From NCBI RefSeq assembly GCF_000981445.1, contig NC_027216.1, positions 806,001-870,000 on the forward strand: 64,000 bases of DNA, given 5' to 3'. The stretch is from Babesia bigemina (lineage: Eukaryota). The translations under genes and the position numbers were made by a program. The notes under the pieces were generated by a model that did no database searches, was not told where the DNA came from, and worked only from the letters and a program-made list of their open reading frames with translations. Below are positions 34,929 through 47,349 of this stretch, one piece after another. Position 1 is the first letter of the stretch. Each line of letters starts with the position of its first letter.

Positions 34929-35121
34929 CGTCCCGTGTTACCGTAACCACGTCGGGACCGTAGTGCCGCGGCTAATACCGGCGTCGGACTGCCGGCCGCC
35001 TCTGCGCACACGTTTTTTATGTGCCTCGGTTTACGCTAAGGAAGATTGAGGCTGATGTGTGAGCTTCGTCGATGGATTCCGCGCGTGTGTCTGCTCCCCC
35101 ACGGGTTGCGACATCGGCGGA

Positions 35122-36625
35122 TCAGGTCATCATGATTCTGTAATCGAACTTGCAAATCGGGCATATTGTGCTCCTCCCTAGCCACTCGTCGACACAAACT
35201 TTGTGGTATCCGTGTGTGCACGGGAGTCTGCGTATACGCTGGTCCTGCTCGTATTCCTCGAGGCATATGGCGCACCGGCGCGTGTCCTCGTCCCATTTCT
35301 CTGCAGCGGGGGCGTCGAACATCGCTACCGGGAACTGCGAGATGATTTCGTCCGCGAGCCCAACTGGCGTGGGCACGGCGTCCTCGTACTCCTGGACGTC
35401 CTGTAGCATTTGGTCCGGGTTCATGAAGTTGATCTGCTCGTCGTCCAGTACGCTGCGCGGCGAGCGTGCCACCGGCACTGAATGAGGGTCGTACGTCATC
35501 GGGCTGAGGCCGTTATCGACGCCATCGTATAATGCGTGCACCTCGGTGACGCGTTCGCTCTGCCGGCGCACCAAAGGCCTGCCGTCCCTCGCTTCGTGCG
35601 TCACCTGTTCGAGATGTCTCTGGCAACTCGCGAACTAACCGCGGGCGATATGGTGAAATTCTGCTGGAAGTCGTGCAGCACGCGGTTGAGCGCCTCTATG
35701 TCCCGTTGCATCGACGCCAGTGTGGACTCAGGGCTCATACCCTGCATGTTCACCGGCTCGCTGATTTGCCTTCGTGACGACGGATACATGGCCGGTCTCT
35801 GCCTCGTTATGCTAGCAGATGGCGTCGACACCGGCGGCTGTATCGACGTCGTTCTTGATAGCACACCAGTGACGGGCGCCGAGCGATCTGAGGGCGAATG
35901 TGTCCCTTCACGGCCGTAACTTACTGCGCGTCAGCGGCGCTCCCCCAAACGGTATGGATTCCGACCTCGGGTGCTGAGTTGCATTGTCATGGCTTGGGAA
36001 GCGCGCCATGTTGGCCTTGATGAACCGCAGCGTGAGCGCCTCCCTAGTGCTTGGCGGGTTGGCGTTGATGTCTATGCGAGATGAGAGGTTTGCGTAACTC
36101 ATATCTTACATGAACGCTGCGTCCTGGTCAAGTGCGGCGTTGTCCCGCCGAATCCCGTGGTCTGTGACCGCGTGTGTTGCATGCTGCTGTATCCGCGCGG
36201 GTTGGTCAGCGACGACTGATGTCGCATTGGGGCTGCGAGCCATGATATCGACGCCTGCCGCGTAACTTACACATCATGTTCCAACTCGGATCAGTGGCCA
36301 TCGAGCGGCGGTGCACTAGCGCCGGCTGCGCTGGCGCCGAACCGTATCTGGTTACCGGTGCCATGTGGCAATCGTGACCTGGTCCCAAGAGCCTGTTGAG
36401 GTGGCACGATTCGCAATATGCGTGCCTACGCGCGCGGCTCAAGCACGGGCATTGCCCTTCATCCCAATCAGGGGCACCTCGCCGAAATATATCCATGTCT
36501 TCCCTTGGAGACAGCGGCCTGCCGCCGCGGCGCTCCACGGGTACACCGACGTATTCGTCGATGGAATTCGTCGGCGACATGCCGTGGCTGCACTCGCGGC
36601 CGTATAGGCGGTCACCGATCGACAT
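35122..36625 (-). CDS. RING-H2 E3 ubiquitin ligase, multi-exon
   Basis: C-terminal CAICLEEY..LPCTHGYHKVCVDEWL..CPICK. Upstream exons are joined by short GT-AG introns. Start is uncertain. Confidence 0.8.
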
Positions 36626-37809
36626 CGTCACCGATTTTAGTAACAGCTTCAGAACCTACGCCACGTCACTTGCTGCGCCGTGGCATGAGCGCATACGGAA
36701 GTTCAACGGGTCAGCGCACCAAACGCAACTCCCGTGAGACAAAGCTGCCCAGCAAAATCCTGGGCAATAAAAAGCTAGAATGTGTTGCGGATTCCTCGCC
36801 AAACGTCGTAACTCTGCGCCGGATACGCGTAGGTACCTTCACACTTCGGCACTGCGGCAGTTTAGGGGCATATCCCGTAATACGGCGACCTTCCTTGCGG
36901 AAATATCCTTAGAACGTCTGGATTTTCCAGGTTTCGCAGAAACCGTGGTTTGTTGTGAGTGTCCTGATTTGCCCTACGATGTTGTTTTCGTTGTCTGCGA
37001 GTTACGGTGCCCACGCAAACCTATTCTTCCCTTTCCTTCCTCGTTATATCCCTGCAATTATCGCTATCGGAAAACCATCTAATGGCAACGCGAAGTCATA
37101 CCCTGCGCTGGGCCAAAGTGAATCCAATGTGCGCGTTATGCTCGGAAGTCTTCTCCCGAAAATACGCGTACACGCCTGGGGGGTTCCTTGTCACGGTGTC
37201 TTCCTTTCCTTCTACCCAATCACGCTGCGCGTGTTATAATCGTGCAGAGACCGTCGTTGTGTTTGCCCCGCAATAGGTCTCGTGCGCACACACCGCGACG
37301 CTGCGGCCGACCGAGTTAGAGTCTCGCGTTGCGCCAATCGCCAAGACTCGTGATACGTGATGTATGTAGTTACAGTGACAGTCGCGACCTAGTGGTCTGG
37401 GTACCGGTGTGTTGTGAGTCGTCGCGACGGCTCTGCGTGATTCCACCTCTCCCGACATGCTGCGCAGCAGCCGCGGCTTCGTGCTACAATGAATTCGTCG
37501 TAGCCTCTACGCCTATTCTACGTGTCTAATCTGTGAACTACGCATCGCCCGGCATTGCTTTACAGGTGCTAGTTGTGCGCTTCTGCGCCATAATTCCTCG
37601 CGATACGGAGTATGAGCTGTATCTCTCACGATCGGCAACCACGACTCGATACCACCGACGCATCCTTTCGGATACGGATGTCACCTAGTATGCATAACTT
37701 GGTAACACCTTTTGTGCTTTTTCGGGTGCTCATCAGACCGCACTGTCGATCCACGACATCAATACGGACCAGCCGTCAGAATTATACTCACCGCTCGCTA
37801 TCTTAAACC

Positions 37810-38147
37810 ATGACTACAAGCGACCCCCATGCCGTGTTCCATCTACTCGAGCTGGACCTGCCGGCAGGCGGTAGGCGTCCGTCGTTGCCCGGCGGTATCA
37901 TGTCGTTACAGATAGAGGGACCAAGCGCTACTTGTACGGCGGAGTTGCTGTCAAAGGCTGCGTTCCTCGGCTGGTTCGCCTGCGGAACATCCATGACTAC
38001 GAGAGCGAGGTGTTTCAGGCATCCGCGCAGGTGGTCTACGGGCGGGGCGGTCATACACACAGCGACTCCGTTCGCATCGCGCTGCCGATGACTGCCGCAG
38101 CGGTGACCATAGACAACGACCAAATCAATCCTCGCTGGCCCGTATAG
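37810..38147 (+). CDS. Putative small spliced hypothetical protein (about 98 aa)
   Basis: ATG 37810 and GTAGGC..TTACAG intron 37871..37911 join in frame to ORF 37932..38147. No recognisable family. Confidence 0.4.
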
Positions 38148-38528
38148 CCGCGGAAGGCCGGACAGAGGTGCCATTCGTCGGAGAACGCTGCAGTGCCGAG
38201 TCGCCCGTGCCTCGAGCGTATTGCGTTATGGTTGCGACCGATGCTGACCGTTATCTGTTAATATATTTTCTGGTATTATTTTATATTTTGGCAGACCGCC
38301 GTGTGCGTATGTGGACATTGTGCGGTTGCTGCGATCCGAGAACGGTGGCGGAGCGTTGGGGGATCGTCGTGTTGCACCTGCGTCACTGGCTATGCGATAT
38401 AATTGCGAGTAAAACACATCTTCGCGCGATTCTCCATTAAACGAGTTCGCCGCATCTACTCAGCTAGGCTCTTACTCCGTCCGGCTTATGATGCGCCATC
38501 GCTGCGACCTATCGTATCCATAGGCATT

Positions 38529-40328
38529 ATGCATGAACCTAAGTCAATGGCACCGGTAATATCGCCAGGGGATCTGCCCCCCGCAAAGCTGTCCGCGGTC
38601 GGTCGGTGTACGGTGGACAGTGCGTGGAAGAAGGAAGTGCTGGAGAAGAATGCCGACAAGCGTTACAAGACTGAGGTTGGCTAACATTGTGTCGATGCTG
38701 AGCGTGTTCAGGATGTGACAAAGACCAAGGGTAGCCAGTTTGAGGACTACTTTTTGCGGCGTGAGCTTCTGATGGGCATCTTCGAGAAGGGTTTCGAGGC
38801 TCCTTCGCCCATCCAGGAGGAGAGCATCCCCGTTGCGCTTGCGGGTCACGACATTTTGGCGCGCGCCAAGAACGGAACTGGTGAGTTGTGTACGATGTTA
38901 TCACTGCGGCCCGATTTGTGCGCCGTCGGTGACGCATTCGCCGTGTGTTGTTTGCTAACGGTGCTCAGGTAAAACCGCGGCGTTCGTAATTCCACTGCTG
39001 GAGAAGCTGAACACGGCCCAAAATCACATCCAGGGTGAGTGTGGTGACCATTACGTACTTTCCCAATACGTTCGCGTTTGTCTATTGTCAGGGTGCTGAT
39101 GCCGGCACGCGTCTCGCCATGACCTGTCTGATAGATTAGCGTTGTGATTCGTGGGTGGCACAGATGTATGATCCCGCGGCGGGCATGTTGCGTCATAGTT
39201 ACGCAATCGGGTGTGCTACGTGTTTGGCGGTGATCAGCAGTCTGTGGTTGCTCATGTGCTTGCATTTGTACGCGGTACCGTGGCCCCGCGGCCGTGGTAG
39301 CCGCCAGTGACGAGGCTCCGATGAGCGCGTACTTATAGTGCATGAAGTTGCGTTTCGTGTCCGTGTGACAGCGCCTTAGGTTTGATTCTGCTTCCCACGA
39401 GGGAGCTCGCGCTTCAGACATCTGCGGTGGTGAAGGAGCTCGGGAAGTACCTCAACGTGCAGTGCATGGTTTCCACTGGTGGCACTTCGCTGCGCAACGA
39501 CATCGTGCGTCTATACAAGCCGGTGCACGTGCTCTGTGGCACTCCTGGTCGCATTCTGGACCTCACGAACAAGAACATCGCCGACCTCTCCAAGTGCCAC
39601 GTGATCATCCTTGACGAAGCCGACAAGATGCTTTCCGCCGAGTTCCAGCCCATCATCGAGACCCTGCTGAAGTTCCTGCCCACTGAGAAGCAGCTGATTC
39701 TGTACTCTGCCACGTTTCCGCAGTCGGTGCAGAAGTTCAAGGAGGCCTACCTTCCGAATGCGCACGAGATCAACCTCATGGACGAGTTGACCCTTAAGGG
39801 TATAACGCAGTTTTACGCCTACGTTGAGGAGCGTCAGAAGGTGCACTGCCTCAGCACGCTGTTCTCGCGTCTCCAGATCAACCAGGCGATCATTTTCTGC
39901 AACAGCGTGAACCGCGTGGAGCTGCTTGCGAAGAAGATTACGGAGTTGGGGTTCAGCTGCTTCTACATCCACTCGAAGATGATGCAGGCTGACCGTAACC
40001 GCGTGTTTCACGACTTCCGCAACGGCGCGTGCCGGTGCCTCGTGTCTTCCGACCTGTTCACCCGTGGAATCGACTTCCGTTTCGTGAACGTGGTGATAAA
40101 CTTCGACTTCCCGAAGACTTCTGCGACTTACCTACATCGCATTGGACGTTCCGGTCGTTTCGGCCACCTGGGTTTGGCCATCAACCTGGTTACCGCTGCG
40201 GACAAGGACGCGCTGTTCAGGTGGGTGGTGACGCCGCGCCCTCGTTATAGTGTCGCAGGATCGAAGAGGAGCTCGGCACGGAGATAAAGGCCACGCCCGC
40301 CCATATCGACCCCGCACTTTACTGTTAG
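38529..40328 (+). CDS. DDX6: DEAD-box RNA helicase DDX6/Dhh1 (DOZI)
   Basis: [44 protein letters not shown] and [10 protein letters not shown]. Includes a 345-nt intron at 39035..39379. Confidence 0.95.
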
Positions 40329-40376
40329 ACTGTAAAATAACAAGGTGTAATTTGTCGCGGTCACCTTACGGCGTGT

Positions 40377-41137
40377 ATGGACACTGCGGTGTCGGACCCG
40401 GCCGCCAGCCGGCAGGTGCTCGACCAGCCGCTGGTGCGCGCGAAAACCAAGGTCAGAGCATGGTTCGTGTTGTGTGTCAACGTGGCGCAGGTCAGCCTGA
40501 GCGCCTTCTGCTTCCTCTTCAGCGAGATGGTCCAGTACTGTATGTACACCGCCACTCGCCAGGCTACCTTCACCCAGAGGTGGTTGCGTTTTGTGTGTTA
40601 GTCACTGTTTTCGCAGGCTGCACGCGTTGGGCCTCGATATCGGCTACCGTCTGCTGGAGATGCTGAGCGCGAGGGAGCGCGTCGCGAAGCGCCACGCCAA
40701 CGTGGTTTCCGTGCTCTCCTTCATCTCTACAACCGTGTGGAAGCACCTGTTCGGTCACGCCGCGGTGCTGCTGAAAGGCAAGGACGACCCGAGGGAGTGT
40801 AAGTGCCGACAGTTGGTCCCGTCTCACGCCGACCGCAGACATGATAAGTGACAAGGAGCTACAAATAACTAAGTTCATCAGCACCCCAAAGGTATTTCCA
40901 AGCGCTCATTCGCTGAAATTGCGCAGGACCTGCAGCACACGAGCTGCGCCGCCTTTGTGGCCGGCATGGTTGAGGGCATGTTGCGCTGCAGCGAGTTCGT
41001 AAGTGCCGCGTTCAATACACTAAATTAGTGTGCAGCCAGCGGTGGTGTCGGCGCACAACATTTTGGAGGACAACCAAGAGTACTCGGTTACCATGCTGAT
41101 TAAGTTCGAGCAGGCAGTGCTCGATCGCGGCGGGTGA
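40377..41137 (+). CDS. TRAPPC5: TRAPP complex subunit Trs31/TRAPPC5, multi-exon
   Basis: VSLSAFCFLFSEMVQY, GYRLLEML, VWKHLFG and CAAFVAGMVEG motifs. Confidence 0.9.
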
Positions 41138-41458
41138 GCGCTCCGCAATGGGTGCCGAGGCCGCACGCGATCGTGGCTTTGCGTGCAGCAATTGTTTTGT
41201 AATTTTTTGGGCTAGTGGAACATTGGTGGCTCGTAGGCGCAGAGCCATGATTGTTGGGTACCTGCGCGCTGTGGTGACCCTGTACTAGCATTGCACGGCC
41301 GTCTAATTTATCACTTCAATTTGTTTCTTGTGTTGCACTATCGTTAGTGTGAACAGTGGCATTTCTCTCGTGTCTGCAGTGGTGAGGATCGTCATTCCGC
41401 CACATTTGTCGTGTGTACAGCGAGCCGTACGCAACCGTTTTCTGAACTCCTATTCACG

Positions 41459-41982
41459 ATGGACGCCGGTGGTAAAATCGGCGGCAAAATTGGTGGAAAG
41501 ATCGGCGGTAAGGTCGGCGGTCTCGGTAAGGGTGGCAAGGGCAAGGCAGGTTAGTTTTGGCTAGCGCATCTCGCGACTTTCTCTCAGGTGCCGGCAAGGG
41601 CAAGAAGACGCCCATGAGCCGTGCTGCTCGTGCGGGTCTGCAGTTCCCCGTCGGTAGGGTTCACCGTATGCTGAAGTCGCGTATCTCCGCCGACGGTCGT
41701 GTTGGTTCCACCGCTGCGGTGTACACCTCCGCCATCCTGGAGTACCTCACCGCTGAGGTGCTTGAGTTGGCTGGTAACGCGTCCAAGGATTTGAAGGTGA
41801 AGCGTATCACTCCTCGCCACTTGCAGCTGGCCATCAGGGGTGACGAGGAGCTGGACACCCTCATCAAGGCTACCATCGCCGGCGGTGGTGTCATTCCTCA
41901 CATCCACAAGGCCCTCATGAACAAGACTCCTCCGCAGGTGCTGGTTAAGCCTCCGCAGCCCCAGCCCCCGAGGCGCGTCTAA
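41459..41982 (+). CDS. H2A.Z: Histone H2A.Z
   Basis: (GGKI)n N-tail, [17 protein letters not shown] and [16 protein letters not shown]. Intron 41550..41587. Confidence 0.97.
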
Positions 41983-42098
41983 AACTCCCTTTTGAGGCGC
42001 CCGCGCGTTGAAGGCCCTCCATACTTTTTCCTCACTGTGTGTCATATATTCCGCGTTATCACTAACTAAAATAACTGAATTTTAGAATACCGGACATC

Positions 42099-42595
42099 AT
42101 GGGTTGGTTTAGTAGCTCAGACAGCGGTGCTTCGGCGTCTGGTTCTGGCGAGGCCGTCGGCCTGATGGCCCGAGCGGAGGCCTTCCAGAAGCAGGTGGAC
42201 GGTATGCTCACCGAGGTGACCCGGATGAGCCTGCCGCTCCAGAAGTCGGCGTTCGAGTGCTGTGTGCGCTGCTTCGACGGGGGCAGCGAAAACCTAGACA
42301 AGCTCGGCGACTGCGTGAAGCAGTGCCAGAGCCGGCCCGAGAAATTCGGTAACGCCGTGCAAGGCGAGCTGAACCAGCTCCAGGACGCGCTTATGAGCTG
42401 CCAGAAGGTACGTGTATGCTAATCTTCGTGACGTCGTTGCAGAAGTGTGTGGACCAGTTTTCGTCGAAGGGCGCCGGCGCCTCCGAGTCGATCTCCGCCT
42501 CGATGGAGCGCTGCGCAGTTCAGTGCTACGACAACAACGAGGGTCTGCTGAGGGATATTTCGTCCCGTCTGACCAGCATCTACCGCAACTTTTAG
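42099..42595 (+). CDS. FAM136A/DUF842-like twin-CX3C protein, 2 exons
   Basis: Four CX3C motifs (CVRC preceded by C, CVKQC, CQKKC, CAVQC) in a helical protein. Intron after CQK. Confidence 0.75.
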
Positions 42596-42688
42596 CGCGC
42601 ATCCGGGCTCTCGTGAGGTCGCCGTGCCGCCGCGGCTCTGCGGCGGTACGACACACTTACTTCATCGGCCACAACCTGGTGTTCAACG

Positions 42689-43440
42689 ATGGTAGATTTA
42701 GCGATTCGTAAAAACAATGTAGCGCAGGGTAAGGCGAAGAAGACCCGCAAGTTCGCGGAGGTCAAGCGGCGTATGAGCCCGAAGGATTCCAGGATGTGGG
42801 TTGCGCGCCGCGGCGCTCATAGCGTTTCAGTGCAACGGTGAAGGCGATAAAGAAGACGGCTAAACCGGAACCCCTGGTGGAAGCGTTCGTTTTTCGTATC
42901 CCGGTCGCAATTGCCGCAGGCCCAAGGTGCACTCTGGGATGTTCTTCAACTACAACGAGAACCTGGTTCCACCGTACCAGGTCATCGTGGACACTAACTT
43001 CGTGAACGCCTCCATACAGAACAAGCTGGATCTGCACAAGGGCATGCTCGACTGCCTCATCGCAAAATGTGGGTGCTGTCTGTGCGTTCGTGAGCTGTCT
43101 CAGGTATCGTGTGCGTCACTGACTGCGTGGTCGCGGAGCTGGAGAAGTTGGGCCACCGCTATCGTCTGGCGCTGCAACTGGTGAAGGACCCGCGCGTGGA
43201 ACGGCTGACGTGCGCGCACACCGGCACGTACGCCGACGACTGCATCGTGGAGCGCATCACGACGGTAGGTGACCCTCGGGCTGTGGCCTGACGCGCTCGC
43301 AGCACAAATGCTACATCGTGGCCACCAACGACCGTGACCTGAAACGCCGCATCCGCAGGATCCCCGGCGTCCCCATCATGTACGTCGCGAACCACAAGTA
43401 CGCGATAGAGCGCATCCCGATGTCAATCACTGCGCGATGA
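42689..43440 (+). CDS. FCF1: rRNA-processing PIN nuclease Fcf1/Utp24, multi-exon
   Basis: [34 protein letters not shown] and [23 protein letters not shown]. Confidence 0.93.
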
Positions 43441-43893
43441 GGCGGCTCTTTGCCGCCATGAACTGCGCCCCTGACCCCGTGTCAGGGGCAATCTAAACTC
43501 TTTTCTGTGGCCGTGCACACGGTCCTAATTTACGTCACGTTTGCTTCCCAAATGAAAACATACGTCAGACGTCAGCAGCGATGGCAACAACAGCAACCGT
43601 CATCGCGGTTCAGGCGGGTGCCGCCCTTTCGCTCGCGGCACCATCAGCACATGTACACTTTTGTATGTTTGATTTTGACAGTTACTGTTTCCACACAGCC
43701 TCAGCATGCCGATTTCATGCTGGCTACCCTACCGCAGTGTTTGCGTCATAAGATTGAATGGTGCATGAATTCTCCATTTCGTTGCGGCGAAAAAAATTCG
43801 GGAGTTTCGATGGACGAGCGCCCCTACGGGCCCTGGACGCGAAATGGTCGCTAAGGACAGCTGGATTTTTGTGGTCCGGGAGCGTTTGGACCT

Positions 43894-44784
43894 TCATTCG
43901 TCCGCCTTGGGCTTGTCACCAGTGCCGTCGTTTTGGATGTCGGTGGCCCAGAGGGTGAGGTTGTCCCTGAGCAGCTGCATGATGAGGGTGCTGTCCTTGT
44001 AGCTGTCCTCGCTGACGCTGTCGAACTCGGTGATGGCCTCGTCGAAAGCGCGCTTCGCCATTTCACAGGCCTCGTGGGGCTTGTTGAGGATTTCGTAGAA
44101 GAAGACAGAGAAGTTGAGGGCCAGGCCAAGACGGATGGGGTGGGTGGATTTCAGCTCAGTCTCTGCGATCTCCGTCGCCTTCTGGTAGGACTCCTTGGCA
44201 GATGCCGAGGCCTGCACCTTCTCGAGGTCACAGGAGAACTCGCTGAGGTAGCGGTAGTAGTCTCCCTTCATCTTGTGGTAGAAAACGAGGCTCTCGCTGT
44301 CCTGCGCACTTTAGCACACACACCGGCGTGGACTAACCGCGGTGGCGGGGATGAGACGCTCGTTGAGCAGCGTGAGGATGCTGTAGCAGATCTGGGTGAG
44401 TTCCTTCTCGATCTTGGCACGGTATACCGCGGCCAAGTTCTGCTGAACCACGTTTGACTTGTTGGCCTCCTTTTGCTCGACGCCGCTGACGATACGCCAC
44501 GATGCGCGCCTGGATCCGACGGCATTTTTGTAGGCAACGGACTGCACGTGTGTGTGCATTTGTTAATATGTTGGAGGGCTTACCAGCAGGTTGCGCTCCT
44601 CGACGGTCAATTCCTCCTTGCCGCTGATGCAGGTCTCCACGAGTGCCTTCATCGCGTCGGCCATTTCTGCGTGAAATGAGCCCACCATTGCTGCCTCACT
44701 TCACTAACCGTCGTAACGCTCGGCCTGTTCGGCCAGCTTGGCGCTGCAGGTCAGCTTTTGGCGCTGGTTGATTTCCTCCGCCAT
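43894..44784 (-). CDS. 14-3-3 protein, 4 exons
   Basis: [33 protein letters not shown] and [13 protein letters not shown]. Confidence 0.97.
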
Positions 44785-45217
44785 TGCGTCGTGTGATGCT
44801 GAAAACTTGCTGGCGCGTTCGAGCAGATATAGAGTGGTCGCAGACAGAGCACGTGTATATTTTACGCACTTCCTTCGAAAGCAGGGTCACGATGTCCGGT
44901 TTCGTTGTTGTGATGTGTGTCGGCGAGGCCCACCTCCACGTGAGTCAGTGGGGATGCCACACAGCGCTTCAATGTAATCCGCGGCAGCTGCCGCCGAACG
45001 TGTCCAATGCGCCACGCAGTTAGTTTGGAACAGATTTACGACCCGGGGGCGCGGGGTCGAGGAATCCGATCGGCTTAGTCGCATAAAGTGCCGGGCCGTT
45101 GCGTGCGTGCACCGTCTCTTCGTGCGCGCTGGTCTACACACCGCATCTTCCAGGGGCCGTGTCGCACATTATAGCGAGCAATTTGCGCTGGTGCACGGGC
45201 ATTGGAGCGCCCACAAG

Positions 45218-45595
45218 ATGCCCGCCCGCGCGGCCGAGCTCGGTTCCCTACGGGAATCCGGCGCAGCGTCCGGCGCCGCTCCTTCCAAGGCACGCGACCG
45301 CGTGGCGGCCTTTCAGGAGCTAGCTAAGGCGAAGCGCGGCCTGCCCCGGCATCTGGTGGCGGAGATAGAGCGGCGCAAGGTCACGAGCGTCGAAGAGGCC
45401 GCTCATGTGGCGCATGTGCTGCGCACCAAACGAACGAAGTCACACAAAATCGCAACTCCACGGAAGCCGCTGAGGAAGAGCAAGGCTCCTAAGTCGCCCA
45501 AACCGGCGGAGCTGACACGGCCTAGCGGCAAGGCTGCTCGCAAAGTCATTTCACGCATGACCAAGGCGCTGAACACAGGCGTCGTAAAATTGTAG
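45218..45595 (+). CDS. Small Lys/Arg-rich hypothetical protein (125 aa)
   Basis: ORF from MPARAAEL.. with a highly basic C-terminus. It fills the gap between 14-3-3 and mitoferrin. Confidence 0.55.
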   Translation: MPARAAELGSLRESGAASGAAPSKARDRVAAFQELAKAKRGLPRHLVAEIERRKVTSVEEAAHVAHVLRTKRTKSHKIATPRKPLRKSKAPKSPKPAELTRPSGKAARKVISRMTKALNTGVVKL

Positions 45596-45596
45596 T

Positions 45597-46867
45597 CTAT
45601 CCATTATTGAGTCTACTGAAAATGTTTTTCAGCGTTGCGTACGTGCCCCATGAGATGGCTGCAGCGGGTACGCATAACATCATTCGTGTTCCGGTGCCCC
45701 TCCAAAATACGCGGAAGCCGTGCTGCCGGTAGATGGCCCTGGCCGTGTCGATTGGGTTCTGTCCCCAGGTGACATGTGCCAAATACGCTTCACCCACCTT
45801 ATACCGCGTTTTACTCGCCGCTTCGGCCTCTAGGTAGCACCCCTGGGTCTGCAGTCGCGTCTTTATCACGTCGAGGGGGTTAGTGAGTGCCCCTGCCACG
45901 GCTCCGCCGATACCTGCAACCGGTCAGTAGGTTCCCATCATCCGGGCATATAAGTGGCCACACGACAAACGCAAACGCGCACCATCACATACACGCGTAT
46001 GTTTTGTTGTGATTTGGACGCACGACACAGGGCGTTCTCCTTCGGCCAGCGATCACGGTGCCCGTGGGCCCGACCATAACGGTGTTACGCACAATCACAC
46101 ACAGGGGTCACGCAACCGCCTCATGCGGACACGGCGGCGAATTCTCAGCTCAGAATAAAGCTTCGAGGTCACGCGCGCACGAGCGAACACGTACCTGCGT
46201 ATAGGAAGTATGTGGCGATGCCGCACCTGTCCCTGCCTCCTGGGTGCGTGCGCAGCAGGAAATCGTTGACGCTGACGAGGATGGTGTGGTACGGCACGTT
46301 CATGAACAGCGTGACCGAGAGACTTCGGAAGAGCGACTGGATCCCCTCGTGCGTTACCACGTGCTTTAGGCAGTGCCACGAGCCGCGGTACAGCCCCAGC
46401 TGCAGCCGCTGCTTGATGACGTCGGCCGGCGTGAGCACCACGTCGTGGCACAGCGTGGCGCACGCGCCGGCGATTGGCGCGTTGCCCGACTTCTTCAACG
46501 CCTCGTACATGGTGAAGTAGAAGACATGGGCAGGGATGCACCCGACGGCCATGGCGCTGCAGCCGCGAAACAGATTCTGGTAGAACCGCGACTTCGTGGT
46601 AGACATGCTGCATACGTTGCGCTTACTCTCCAGCGCTGCCGTCGGCGTCTCCACTCGCGCTGCCCAGCGCGGCTTGCACCAGCCACACTGCAGCCGCGTT
46701 TTCAGGGTGTCGATCGGGAAAAGCAGCAGGTGCTCCATAACGCCTGCAGCGCTGCCGCACAGGGCGTGCTGCCACAGCTTGCAATCGCCTGGGAGTGCTG
46801 TGAGCCCCTGTTGCGACCTACCGTTCCATTCCTCGTACAGGAGGGGGCTGCCGTCGTCGGATTCCAT
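45597..46867 (-). CDS. Mitochondrial carrier, mitoferrin/MRS3-4-like, 4 exons
   Basis: Three Px[D/E]xxKxRxQ motifs (PIDTLKTRLQ, PADVIKQRLQ, PLDVIKTRLQ) plus GVMEHLLLFP and IPAHVFYF. Intron 45914..46194. Confidence 0.9.
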
Positions 46868-47349
46868 TGCGGCCGTGGCTCCGGCCACAAGGTCCCCCGC
46901 CGTTACGAACCAGCGGTCGGCATAAATAAAAGGACTGATTTGCGATAGTTTCCGTGGTCCGTGGAACACAAATGATGTGTTCTTGTCGCGGGTTGGCGAT
47001 TCGGCATAGTTCCCCATGGCGCGGCCTGTCTATAAGGTAGCGCGCTGCGTGGCGGCAGTCCCAGTATCGCACATCGGACGCAAATCGCGTCCTCTTTAAT
47101 CGGCAATGGCGGTCGTAGCCGCCTTGTTGGCATTGCAGGCGGTTCTACACCTCATCTCCTTGGAGGCCTTCCGCGTCGCGCCGTCCGGGCGCGCAGCGGC
47201 GGGTGGTCGTTATCGCACATTCTTCGCCGAACGCTCCAACAATGGGCCGGTTTCCGACAGCAGCGCCGTTGGCGTCGTCGGCTGGCACGGAAGGTCGCCG
47301 AGTCTCCTCCGGGTAGGGGCGCCGCGTCGCGCTGTCTAATTTTCCGCAG

